Of a stretch of 64,000 nucleotides of DNA, positions 26,884 to 41,000 are shown one piece after another; the first letter of the stretch is position 1; each line of letters opens with the position of its first letter. Source of the DNA: Octopus vulgaris (lineage: Eukaryota); contig OX597815.1 in assembly GCA_951406725.2 (NCBI GenBank), forward strand, positions 122,760,001 to 122,824,000, written 5' to 3'. Both the position numbers and the translations under genes were made by a program. A model generated the notes under the pieces. The model made no database searches, was not told the DNA's origin, and saw nothing but the letters and a program-made list of their open reading frames with translations.

Positions 26884-29800
26884 GGTAGAATCATTAGCAC
26901 GCCGGGCGAAATGCGTAGCCGTATTTCGTCTACCGCTACGTCCTGGGTTCAAATTCCACCGAGGTCGACTTAGCCTTTCATCCTCTCGGGGTCGATATAA
27001 TCAACTTAATCCGTTTGTCTGTCCTTGTTTGTCCCCTCTGTGTTTAGCCCCTTGTGGGTAGTAAAGAAATATATATATTCACCTACACACATGTACATCT
27101 AGATAAACGTGGCAATTATGAAATACAAATATAATGCAGGTGTATTTTATTATGATAACACCAACACTGACAAAATGATCTGAAAGTCTATTCTTTTGAT
27201 ATTTCATGTTTTCTTATAAATATAATAGAATAATGAGATGGTTTGCTTTTACTCCTTAACCCTTTTGATCCCAACCACACTGCCCCTAGTTCTATGATTC
27301 AAGTTCCCTGTTTTAAAGTGATCTAAGTTCAAAACTCCCATCAAAAATATATGCTAATTCAATATTCCAAACGCCAACTTTATAATGATTTCAAACATTG
27401 GCACAAGGCCAGCAATTTCAAGAGTGGGGCGAAATTAAGGCGATGAGCTGACAGAAATGTCAGCACGCTGGGCGAAATGCTTAGCGGTATTTTGTCTGCT
27501 GCTATGTTCTGAGTTCAAATTCCGCTGAGGTCGACTTTACCTTTCATCCTTTCGGGGTCAATAAATTAAGTACCCCAGTTTTTACATCAATTACATTGAC
27601 CCCAGTTACGCACTGGGGTCAATGTAATCGACTTAATCCCTTTGTCTGTCCTTGTTTGTCCCCTCTATGATTAGCCCCTTGTGGGCAATAAAGAAATAAA
27701 TTTCGAGGATGGGGGTAAGTTGATTACATTGATTCCAGTGTTCAACTGATACTAATTTTATTGACCCTGAAAGGATGAAAGGCAAAGTCAATTTGAATGC
27801 AGAATGTGAAGATGAATGAAATGCTGCTAGCATTTTGCCCAACTTGCTAATGATTCTGCAAGTTTGTCACCCTAAACACCAGCTTAATAACAACAGTTAT
27901 TTTACTAAAAGCTACATTATTCTCAAACTAAATATGGTAACAAAAGGGTTAATGATAACATGAGTGCTACTCTAACATATGCTCAACCAAAGTTTCATCC
28001 TTGAATGCTTATATGCTAATAAAATATGTTTGACAGTTTTCATTCCCAGTCAAAACAGTTCAATTCACATAGCTGATACATACATAAATAAATAAGAAAG
28101 GCATGAATAGTATACACTCTTATCTCCCTTACCTGTAATTTTGTTTTATTTATGTGAATGTGAGAAATGGTAATCATCAAACTTGATATGTTTTTTTTTA
28201 ATTAGCATTTATAATTATTTAATTATGTATATAATTAATCATCTAAAACTTTTTGGCTAAATTATGCAGGAAAATGATATGTAATAGAAATATATGATAC
28301 ATGTTGAATTGATGAAGGAATATGAACAGCAGGAATAAATCAAAGAAATGTTGTAAAGAAATTAGATGAGGCCTGAAAAAAGTGGGTCCCAAATATAGAA
28401 TAACGAGATATGTTTGCTGTACACACACACATATATATATACCACATATGCATATATGTACACATACATACATACATACACTCTCTCTCACTCTCCTCTC
28501 AGTTCCATCTTAGATCTACTACACCTTATCTTTAATACTCTTTTACTCTTTTACTTGTTTCAGTCATTTGACTGTGGCCATGCTGGAGCACCACCCTTAG
28601 TCGGGCAAATCAACATCAGGACTTATTCTTTGTAAGCCTAGTACTTATTCTATCGGTCTCTTTTGCCAAAACCGCTAAGTTACGGAGACGTAAACACACC
28701 ATTATCGGTTGTCAAGCAATGTTGGGGGGACAAACACAGACACACAAACATTCACACACACACACATATATGTATATATACATATATACAAAGGGCTTCT
28801 TTCAGTTTCCGACTAACAAATCCACTCACAAGGCTTTGGTCGGCCCAAGGCTATAGTAGAAGACACTTGCTCATGGTGCCACGCAGTGGGACTGAACCCA
28901 GAACCATGTGGTTGGTAAGCAAGCTACTTACCACACAGCCATTCCTACACCTTTAATTTCTGCTATCATTCTCAACACCCTCTCATATCTGCCATCAAAT
29001 CCCTCACTGACTGTTACTGTTCCACTCACTATAGCCACTCTTTTGTACTTCTGACCTCCATCTCTGTCACTGTACATCACCCTCTCTCCCCGCAATTACA
29101 TCTTGCACATTGTTACCCTACTTTCTAATCTATATGTTTGTGATGGAGTGTCATGATACTGTTGCTCTCCCCCCTTACTGTGCTAGTGCTTGTTGCCGCC
29201 TCCTTCTTGAGTCACTTCAATCATTTTAACTTTCCCCACCCCATACTGATATTTACCATCAGTAACACCATCACTCATTATGTTTACCTTTAATGCCACC
29301 TCTAACCACCTGTTACTCTCTTCTCACTCTTATGACATTAATCATCCTCACCTGTCCCCCATTATCCACTGGTGTTTTATATATGTATATAACAATTTAT
29401 CAGAAGAATACCGTAAATTCTACGGTGCAAAAAAGATGATAGCTTGTGTATCATCATCATCATCGTTTAATGTCCGCTTTTCATGCTGGCATGGGTTGGA
29501 TAGTTTGACTGGGTACTGGTGTGCCAGAGGCTGCACTAGACCCAGTCTGATCTTGCAAAGTTTCTATAGCTGGATGCCCTTCCTAACGCCAACCACTCCA
29601 AGAGTGTAGTGGGTGCTTTTACGTGCCACTGGCACAAGGGCCAGTCAAGTGGTTCTGGCAACGACTATGCTCAAAAGGTGTCTTTACGTACTATGTATTA
29701 TTATCACAATCGACATCATTGTTTTTAATGTCTACTTTTTCATGCTCCCACAGGTCAGACAGTTTGTTCAGGTTGATAGGATGCCCTTCTTGTCACCAGC

Positions 29801-32800
29801 CCTTACTTGTTTCCAAGCAAGGTAATATTTGCCCATGATTGGACATTGTTTCAGAAGATAGTAAATGAATGACACTACTTGTATGACATGGTATTCATTT
29901 ACAACTATTGCATGGTCTCAAGATGAGGAGGCACAGTAAAAGAATAGATTCACACACTACAAGCTTCTTTCAGTTTCTATATACCAAATGCACTCACAAG
30001 GATTTGGTTACCCAAGGGCTGTAGTGGAAGATACTTGCTCAAGGTGTTACACAGTGGGCCTGAACCTCGTATAATATGGTTTGGAAGGAAATATACCTGC
30101 ACATATATACACATGTGTGTGTGTGTAAATATATATGTATATATTTTATAAATCACATAGTTCCTAGTAATAATTAACCACAATTTAGAGATGACTGACT
30201 GCATTGTAGGAATTTTCTAAAGTACAGCAAAGCATCAGTTATGTAAAGACAGAGTGCACCACATAGATATGAGTAATCTTTTTCATATTCCAGCATAGAA
30301 TATTACACCAGTGCCATTCCAGTGAGATGAGTAGAGTTATTTTAAGCCCATATTTTCTCTTTAGATAAACCAAGATAGATAGTATAATCCATTCCTGCAT
30401 CTAACTCAAACAAGGATTCTTTATTGTCTTATTTCACTTTTTTGAAGGAATGTATTTCATGATTAAACACCACCATTTTTCCCTAAAATAGATTTTATAT
30501 ACATTTCTTTTTGTAGACGACTATTACATCAAGAAAGTTTTATAAACTAACTTATACAGCCTTATCCTCATAATTTTAATGTCTACTTTTCCATGTTTGC
30601 ATGAGTCAGACAGAATGTTGTGGCAGATTTTTTTATGGTCAGATATCCTTCTTGTTACCAACACTCACCTGTTTACAAATAAGGTAATATTTCACTATGG
30701 TGAGACATGTTTTTATGGAAGACTGGAAACAAATTATGCTACTTGTATGATGATGACACAATTATAGTGCAATGTTAAGACACACACACACAAAGTCTAA
30801 TCCATGCCAGCATGAAAAACAGAAGATAAATGATGATGATATATATCATCATCATCATTTTACGTCCGTTTTCCATGCTGGCATGTGTTGGGTGGTTTGA
30901 CTGAAAACTGGTAAGCTGGGGAGCTGCACCAGGTTTCAATCTGATTTGGCATGCTTTCTACAACTGGATGCTCTTCCTAACATCAACCACTCCAAGGGTG
31001 TAGTGGGTGATTTTTACATGCCACCAGCATGGTTGCCAGTTATGAAACACTGGCATTGGCCATGATTACGATCTCACTTGGCTTGACAGGTCTTCTCAAG
31101 CATGGTATATTGTCAAAAGTCTTGGTCACTTGTCACTGCCCCTGTGGGCCCAAACTTTGAAGGTACTTTCTGTGTGCCACTGGCACAGGTGCCAAATATG
31201 CGACATTGGCATTGGCTAGGACTACAATTTCACTTGGTTTGATAAGCCTTCTCAATATTAATTTGGGGGTATTTCAAATATGATTGTGACACATTTTAAC
31301 TTCTAAATGCAACTTCACTGCAAGCTTTGTAATCAGCTTAGGGTTATCTCTATTTAGTATCTCCTACTGAGGAAACCTAATAAATCAGAAATGTATCTAG
31401 GGGTATGAGAGAGGGTGCCACTGAGCTGGTACTGGTGTATTTACACCTCACCATATACAAAATGTTTTTCTCCATAATCAACTAGAGTGAAATTCCCTTT
31501 AGGACTTAAAATATGTCACAAACGTATTTGAACTAACCTAAAGTTTGTTTATTTCCTATCACTGCTTCATGTATACTACAGCTAATGTGTACACCCACAA
31601 TACACACACACGATGGATTTCTTTCAGCTTCAGCCAATTCAAATCCACTCACAAAGCTTTGGTTGACCGAAGACTTTAATAGTAGAATTTACTTGCCCAA
31701 GGTGGTACACAGTGGGACTGAACCTAGAACCATGTGGTTGAGAAGTAAAATTTTTAACCATACAACCAAGCCTGCAACTGTCAATAACAATATGTACATA
31801 CTTATACATATAATTTCAACAATTAATTTATGATTTTAAATAAGCTATTACATTTTTTATTATTGAAAAATGTATTGACTGCAGTATACAGCTTTATTTT
31901 GAATCACAGTTAGTGATACTTAACACTGATTTAGTGAATAAATTTCATTAGTAGGAACATACACTACCACTGTCACCAATGTTGTAGTCCTCAAACTGAG
32001 CTGCTTGTTTCAATTCACATGGTCCATCATCTTCCACCTCTCTCTATTTTCCATGGTATGTGAAAGCTGGTCTCTGGATCATCCAGTATTGCCTGTTAAG
32101 TGATCAACATATGTTTTCACAGGGTGACCAATGTGAATTTGACAATGGTGTGATGTCCAAAGTAGGGTGTCACAAACAAATATTCCTACTTATGGTATAG
32201 TCATTCTTTGGTAAAGTGTTCTTTCCAGAACATATTTAAGATGTGTGTGCATGTGTGTGTGTGTGTGTGTGTGCACGTCAGTGTGTGCATATGTGTGTAT
32301 GAGAATAAAACAAAATTTAAAATTTATCGAACTAAAGCTAATCTAATAACTTAGATTCTAATAAGGTTGTAGTAATTCAAGTTTTGGTAAAACAAATTAC
32401 AAGCTACTTTAATTGTGAAATGTTACGTTACCTCATCAGAAGAAGTCATGAACATAACCGATACAGTAAGACGGTTGGTCCGTTCTAAAGTTCCCTGAGA
32501 AAATTTCTTCCAAGCTCTTTCAAGTTTTTCAGCAATTAAATTATTGCCATCCAAATTGTATCTTAATGATCGTCTTAGAAAGAGAGCAGCTTCTAAGAGT
32601 TCTTTTCCATAATGGTAGGTCTCCTGGAGAAACATAAGAGATAAGGAACATACATTATTATTAACAAATAGAAATAAACAACTGGTTGTCTGACTAATGT
32701 AAGCACAGAAAAGTAGATGATGAAGTTGAGGATCTAAAAACATATGAAGAAATACAGTGAAAATTTCTTCTGGTACAGTTGTTTTTTATATCTTTTATAG

Positions 32801-35008
32801 TGCTGTTCCATTTTAATTTTCAATTTCAAGGTCATATATATGTATGTATGTATATATATATATATATATTTAAATGTAGTGAAAATCCATAATGGTATAG
32901 CAATCTATTTAGTTGCAGTTTTCTATATCATATATGTTTTGAAGGAATCCAAACATCCTTTGATCTATGGAAAATCACTATAAAATAATTATACAATTGT
33001 TGCCAGATTAGTGCACAAAAAGAGCAGTCATATTCTCTACTGCAAAAGGAAAAGGATATTGTTAATCTCTTAACCCTTCTTGATACCAACCCACCTGAGA
33101 ACATCCTGGTTGTATGATTAAACTTCATGTTTTAAAGTGATCTAAATTAAAACTGTTAATCAAAATTTCAGGTAAGTTTAAGTTCAAAAATAAAAACAAC
33201 AACTTAATAATGACAAAGTCAATTTATTAAATTCTTCACACTTTTGAAAACTAATTGAAGCAAAGTCAATTTATTTCAAATGAAAAAATTAACAGAACTG
33301 TCTTAATAACATCTGTTTTCTCCTTTGTATTAATTCTGCTACTTATTCAAATGGTGTGTTTTATGTGCCACCAGCATGGGAGCCAGTCAGGCAGACCTGG
33401 CATCAACCACATTCGGATGGTATTTTTTACGTGCCATGATATATATTTATTTTATTATATATTTGATATATATATGTATATATATATATATATTTAATAT
33501 CATATAGAAAGGTGAATCAAAGGTTGGAAATGCAATCACTTAACTATTTTAACTATTAGTGTACTCAAAGTATAAAAAAATGTGACTTTGAAAATATAAA
33601 TTAATAATAAGGGTTTAAAATTTTGGCACAGGGCCAGCAGTTTTTGAGTTGGATAGGGAGTCAATTACATTGACCAGGACTTGACTGGTTTTAATCCCTT
33701 TTTATTATTGTAATACAATAATCATAATGGGAGGAGTCAAAAAGCATTTGTGCCAGGTAAAAAGTACTGGTGCACTAGCCACATAAAAAGCACCCAGTAC
33801 GCTCTATAAAGTGGTTGGCATTAAGAAGGACATACAGCTCTAGGAACTATGCCAAAACAGACAATGGAGCCTGGTGCATCTCTTGGCCTTGCCAGCTCCA
33901 GTCAAACCATCAAACCTGAGCTAACATGGAAAACAGGATGTTAAACAATGATAGTATGAGATGGCTAAAATAACCAATGTCCAGAAAACAAATTTAGAGG
34001 AGTAACAAAAAGAAAATACCAAAACAGTATACGTATATAGGTGCAGGAGTGGCTGAGTGGTAAATAGCTTGCTTACCAACCACATGGTTCTGGGTTCAGT
34101 CCCACTGCATGGCACCTTGAGCAAGTGTCTTCTACTATAGCCTCGGGCCTACCAAAGCCTTGTGAGTGGATTTGGTAGACGGAAACTGAAAGAAGCCTGT
34201 CGTATATATGTATATGTATGTGTGTGTATATGTTTATGGTTGTCCCTCCAACATCGCTTGACAACCAATGCTGGTGTTTTACGTCCCCGTGACTTAGCAG
34301 TTCAGCAAAAGAGACACCGATAGAATAAGTACTAGGCTTACAAAGAATAAATCCTGGGGTTGATTTGCTTGATTAAAGGCGGTGCTCCAGCATGGCCGCA
34401 GTCAAATGACTGAAACAAGTAAAAGAGTAAAAGGGTATATATGAAGAAAATTGAAGATATAGAATCTTACAAGAGCTGTGGACTCAAACCGCTTGTGGTC
34501 ATCTTGTAGTTTTTCAGCATCTTCTTTAGACTGACCCATTTCAGTGTGATTTTTCACCATTACTTCACATAACTCTAAAATCCACTGGACTGCCTGTAGT
34601 TAAAAAAAATAACTAAAATAAATATTTTATAAACTATTATTATTATAATGATTTGAATATTCTACAATTTAAAAATAATGATTTCACAAAGTATTTTTCA
34701 AATAAACTGATAATTTCAAGTTTATTTTAAATATTTTGGTACCAATCAAATATTTTGAGGCTGGAGTTATTTCTGGAATAAGCTTCCTCCATCCACTTTC
34801 TGTAAGGAGTTGTAAGTCTAATCTCTATTAACTAGTTAAACAATTAGGATGAACATGAAATCAAATGAGTAAGCTGGTAAGCGCTTGGCTGAAGAAATCT
34901 AAGTCCATATCTCATCATTTGGGCAAAGTACTAAATTCTCTATTTTTATTATGCAACAGAATAGGTAATACACACACACATACATATGGATAGATAGATA
35001 TACAAGAT

Positions 35009-35043
<35 letters not shown>

Positions 35044-38000
35044 AACAGATATAGATATAGATATATATGTATTGGCTGTGAAATAAGAAGTTTACTTCAC
35101 AACCATATGGTTCCAGGTTCAGTCCCACAGTGTGGTACTTGGGCAAATGCCTTCTACTATAGTCTTTGATTAACCAAAGCTTTGTGAGTGAATTTGATGG
35201 ATAGAAACTGAAAGAAGTCTGTTGCAAGTATGTGCGTGGGTGTTTGTATCTCCTTGTTTTGACATTATGTGATGGTTGTAAGTGATTGTCACTGTCATAT
35301 GATCTATGTCACTCACTTCCAATATTTTGTAGAAGCATACTTAGCCATGGGGAAATATTACCTTACCTGGAAACAGGTGAGAGTTGCTAACAGAAAGGGT
35401 ATCTGATCATAGAAAATCTGCCTCAATAAACTTCATTCGAGCCATGCAAGCATGGAAAAGCAGATGCTTAAAATGATATTGTTGATAATGATGAAACTGA
35501 GACTAATGAACAGAGTATTATGAAATTAATCCAACAAAACTCCTTAGAGTAGAAGTTTATAAAAGTTTGGGGTAAAACACAAAGCTGCTTATTGTAGGAA
35601 GTTTTAAAAGAATTGAAAAACAAAAAAAAGAAAAACCCCACCAAACTATTCCCTTCTCTCCTTTGAATAAGCTAACAAAATGATCCTAAATAATATTTTT
35701 TAAATTATCCTAAAATTTAATAAAATGTAAATTCTCCCACAAAAATAACCAATTGCAATGGTTTTGATTTTCAAAAGAAGTTATGAAAATAGAGATCCTA
35801 CAATTATTCTGGTAAACAATCTCATTGTTATAATTCTTTGGGTTAGGATAAATTATTAAGTGTATATCAAACCTGATCAGCATCTTTTTCACATGTGAAA
35901 AGCTGCAAGATCTGCTGCAGTTTAAGTCGTCGAACATCAGCAAGTTCATCACATCGTAACTTTCTTTCTTGTAAATCTTCAACACTTTTATTGATGTGTT
36001 TTATTTGGCCAGCATAATCTGGTGTGATATCTACTCCAATAGAGTTTTTCATTGGCCGAGACATTTCATCTAAGAGACTTTGTCCATCATTTAGAGTTTG
36101 AATAGCTAACTGGTCTATAAAAAAAAAGCAAAGGTTAAACAGAATGAGAATATATGTTGTAAACATTAAAATACATCATTTTTGCATTTTTTTTTTATTC
36201 CATATTTTTGAGTTAATAGAAAATGCAAGATATTGTCACTGGAACCACTGCTGCTGCCACTACAAACAACAGCATTTTGTGTCTGCTATGCATGCTGACA
36301 TAGGTTGAACAGGTAGTCATAGTCTAAATCAGTTCTGTTCAGAGTTACTGCCCAATTTTGTCTTGGATTCTTCCACTGAATGTCTCCTACCACTGGCCAC
36401 TTTACTGAGTGTACTAGGTGCATTTTATTGTAACAATAACACTGGAAAGGTTGTCTTGTTTACGAGACTAAAGAGCCCTCCCAACTCTGGGCTGTCTTCA
36501 TTTGCTCAAGGCAGCATGACCAAATGGAGATGAATAAAAGCAACAACAATAACAGAAAGATCATGGTAAAAGTGTGACAGGAATAAGGGTATGATGGAAG
36601 AAACAGAGTGATTGGTGTGTGAGGGTAATATAGGGGAAATGATGAAAAAGTGGAAGTGTTGGGGAATAATGGAAGAGAGAGAGAGTAATGGCAGCTACAC
36701 AACCGCTTGTGTGTAAAGGAGATTGAGTAATGGCTGGTAACGGAGACAGGTAATAGTAATAAAGAGTAGAGGATGTCAAAAGTGAATAATCTAGGGGAGA
36801 GAGAGTGATGGTAGAGAATATAGGAAACAAACAGATTCAATGTTATCTTTTGCACATAGGCATCTTGATAATGTTAATAGAAAAAAGAAAAACTAAAGTC
36901 TCGAAAATCACAATAACTAATTTAATTATGCCATTCATGTACATTTGTAGATAGAGACATGGACAACAAATACAACATATATAATTTTACTGTTTACTTT
37001 GGGGAAAAAATGTCTGCCTCAAGCCTACAAGCTCATGTATCTGGCCCTTGTCTGGACTTTCAAGTGTGTTCAGGCTGATACTACAAGACTAAACAAGATG
37101 ACAGTCCATTGCAGGCTTAACCCTCACAAGCACTGGTGGTATCATGATTAACCTTCAGGTGCCCTGGTATCATTTTCAGCTGAGTGTATTGGGTTAACAT
37201 GAAATGAAGTGTTTTGCTGCACACAACCAGATCCAAAACTCAAATCTACAACCCAATAAATGAGCACTATACATCTTAACTACTAGGCCATGCACCCATA
37301 CTACTTTGAGAATGAGGCAATTCAATAGAGCTCATGTTTAATATTCAGTATTTGAAAGCTGATTTTAAACAGCATATACAATTATGATGAAACCATTTTG
37401 TAAGTAAAAAGTAAATTGAGAGGAAGTACCTATTTTTTTGCATTTCTCATTGAGATCATCAAGTTCAGTTGCAGCCATTGCAGAATTTTCAGGTTTGGTT
37501 TCAGAACATAGAAACTCCAACAATTCATCCAAATGTAATGATAACTGAAGACACATTAGAAAACACAGGAGATAACAATACTGGAAAATATTTTTAGCAC
37601 TTGCAAATGACCATATAATGAGGAGATCATATTTATCTAAAAATAAATATATTTAACAAGAAACCATTATTGAGTAATTGGTCTGGGCTATACAACAAAT
37701 TAATTATCAGAGACATAGATTGTCTGACAGGTGTAATTAATATTTGACACAGCATTTTATAATGATTATTTTACGCCAATAATAAATTCCTTTACTGTTG
37801 CATCATTTGCATAGTTTTCCTTCTTAGACTTACTCAACTGTACATGTGCACATTCATTTCTTATTTCTTTGCTTCTTAATGTTATTGTAATGTCTTTATA
37901 ACTAAACAATGAATTACAGAATAGAGACAAGACTCTCTCATAACATCATTTATAAACTCTATAATGTGAATGTGGCTACTTAATTATAAGTTTTGTCAAC

Positions 38001-41000
38001 CAAATAATGGAGCAAAAAAGCTCATCATACAGTTGTAGTACCTTCCGACGTTTTAAAAATATTTTAAAATATAATCTCACCTAGCTAAAGCAGTTAATGT
38101 TAAGATGGACATCCAGTTGTTTCCATACAAACATGGAAAACAAGTAGTCAAATAGTGATAATGGTAATCATGGTAGCTTAGCAGTTATTCCACAAAATTT
38201 ATTATAATTTCAATGATATTTAAAGAAGAAATGTTTGTATAATTCCTTTAACATTTTAAGGAAAGTCATTTCATTTAATCAAAAATCCATCAAAACATAA
38301 CTATATACTACAGCATTTGTAATTCTAGGTGAGAACATGTGATGTCAAAATGAGAATATGTAATTTCAAAATGGGAATAGTGATTGCCAAGCAAGAACAT
38401 ATAACTTCAAAGTGAGCACATATGATTTCAAAGTGAGATTAGTTCATTTGATAGTGTTCAAATTTCATTTGAGCTGACGACAGAATTTCATGCTCACATA
38501 TATAAGGTGCAGTTTGAAAACCTTCTTCACCATTTAACTGAGAATATACCTGCATACTCGATAATGTATCCATTCACCAGGAGATCAAAGTTTCCATTTG
38601 AGACATTCATAATTGCAGTTTGAAATATTTGCTGGTATATTTGTCTATGCTTTATCCCATAGAGGAATGCTTCATATGTATAAAATGACACTAAACAGAA
38701 AACTGTCCTATCAGGTATTCACGCAGAAGTAGCTGACGAAGCTACAGATGCTTCAAAAGTCACATGCTGAGATTGTATTTATTCTCAGAAAATTGGCATT
38801 GGGTGCATTGGAATACTACCAGTAGGTTTTACAATCATATGATGAGCCTTTTGCTTCATTGCTTATAAATTAACCAAGAAACTTCATATTACTAATTTTA
38901 CAAATGACATTATATTTTCTATTATAATTAATTTTTTTTTCAATTATCTCAAATTATTGTTCATGCTTAGAAGTGGAAATGACTTATTTTGAACTCATTA
39001 ATCTCAAACTGAATTATAAATATTGTAATACCTTTCAATGTTAGATTTAACTCTTTTTAGATCAGCCTTTTTTGTGTGTGACTATATAACTTCTGGTTAT
39101 CCTTTTTTGTGTGTGACTATATAACTTCTGGTTATCCTTTGTTGTCTTTTTCAGGCTTATGCTTAAAAAATATATTTCAGTACTAATAACAAATTTAGCT
39201 ACATATTCTTTTCCCTTGTTCTTAGATTTATAATTCATTTATAACAGTACTAATAGTTGCTATATTTTGTTTTGAGTCATTTGTTCTCACTATAGATGCC
39301 TTTCATAACAATGACAAAGATAAACACAAAGTAGAAGCACATGGAGATTAAGCTATTTCACACTTCCATTAAATATCACTCCAAATAGAAAATATCATTT
39401 AAGGAGTGTAATTTCATTATCATGCAAAATAAAATTGATTTCTGTAAAATCATAGTCTATTGCATTATTAGATGTTTTGAAGATTTCTACATTCATTTTG
39501 AGTTATCAGAAGATTCACTTTATATAATCATTTTTACTACTAAACAGTTCTGAACTGAGAAGCAAATCATTTGTAGCAAATAATTTATCTAATAAATTAT
39601 TGGTGCTAAATAAACTTACATCTTCAGCAAAACGATGAAAGCGAACTGAGGTTATTAACAGAATCTTGCGTCTTTCTAATCTGCTAGCAAAACTCCGACA
39701 AACTGTATCCATATAGTCTCTTTGTGCAAGGATATCATCAGAATAGCTTGGATGATCCTCTTCAACAAGTTTTTCTGCTTTATGCCGCAATTCAGCATAA
39801 TTTCCGTATGTTTCCTACAAAGCAAGATGCAATATTGAGTTGATTTTCAAGAAAAATACTTTTTTGAACAAAAATAAAAATTGACTAAACTGTGTGAATT
39901 TAAATTTGATATGAATGAATATGCTCTTCTGAGGCTCCAGTTATTAAAGCCATGGGTACAAATCCTTCAATGTGTCTTGAGGCTCTTTCTAGGATGAAAA
40001 GAACCATGGACCCTAAATTTTCTTCCAACCCAATTTACATTTGAGGTTGATTTCAGTAGCCTTTACCTCTCCACAGGCAACGAGGTTTTATGCCCAGTAT
40101 TGTTCTGTTCAGAATCAATATTGTGGATTGTGAAGACAGAAAAAAGTTATGTGCTGTATTTGATTTTAACAATGGTTTCCATTTCAAGGCCAGAAAAGTT
40201 TCCTTTATAAGGCAAGGAACACATGCTTGCATCTTAAAAGATTAGTAACATAGTAACATGGTCATTTTCAGCATAATTTTCTTTAATATTTCTGCATTTT
40301 TCCTTGAAGTACAAACTATGTAATGGTTAACCCCTTCTAATACCAATCCACCTGAAACTGCCCTTAGCCCTATGACACAAACTTCCTGTTTAGAAGTGAT
40401 TTAAGTTAAAACCTTCAATGAAGCCTTCATGTTAATTTAAGTTCCAAACACCAGCTTAATAGCAACAGAGACATTTTACAAAATTTTCCATTATTTTCAG
40501 GATTAATTAAAACAAAGGCAGTATATTTCAACAGAAATATGGTAACATAAGGGTTACATGTGAGAAAGTATTATAACTATTTTCTTACAGCACACTTGAT
40601 CTGCAATTCTTCATGCGTTTTCCTGAATTTTTCAGCTGTTTCACATGTATCTCCAATATCAATATTGCATGAAAGTAGTTTTTCACCAGGTCCAAGAATC
40701 CAGTCAACAACCTGTTAATTGAAGATTTAAAATTACATTTACCATAAAATTATATAATATAATATAATTACTATAACATTATATAAATTACTTAGTACTA
40801 ATACAAAATTATTTTTAAATACTTTTAAAATTAATGTTTTAGTTTTCAATAGATTAACTCACATTGAAAAGAAAATTAAATGAAATTATTTATACAATGG
40901 AAAACTATAGTTTAAGTGATGTCATTAAATATTAATTTTCATCACACACACACAACACTACACTAACACATATACAAATACAACAAACCTCTTTGGCTTC

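Noticed and set aside
38725-38775. CTGACGA-agc...gct hammerhead-like core
   Set aside because: GAAA is absent (tcaaaa instead) and there is no stem I or stem III.
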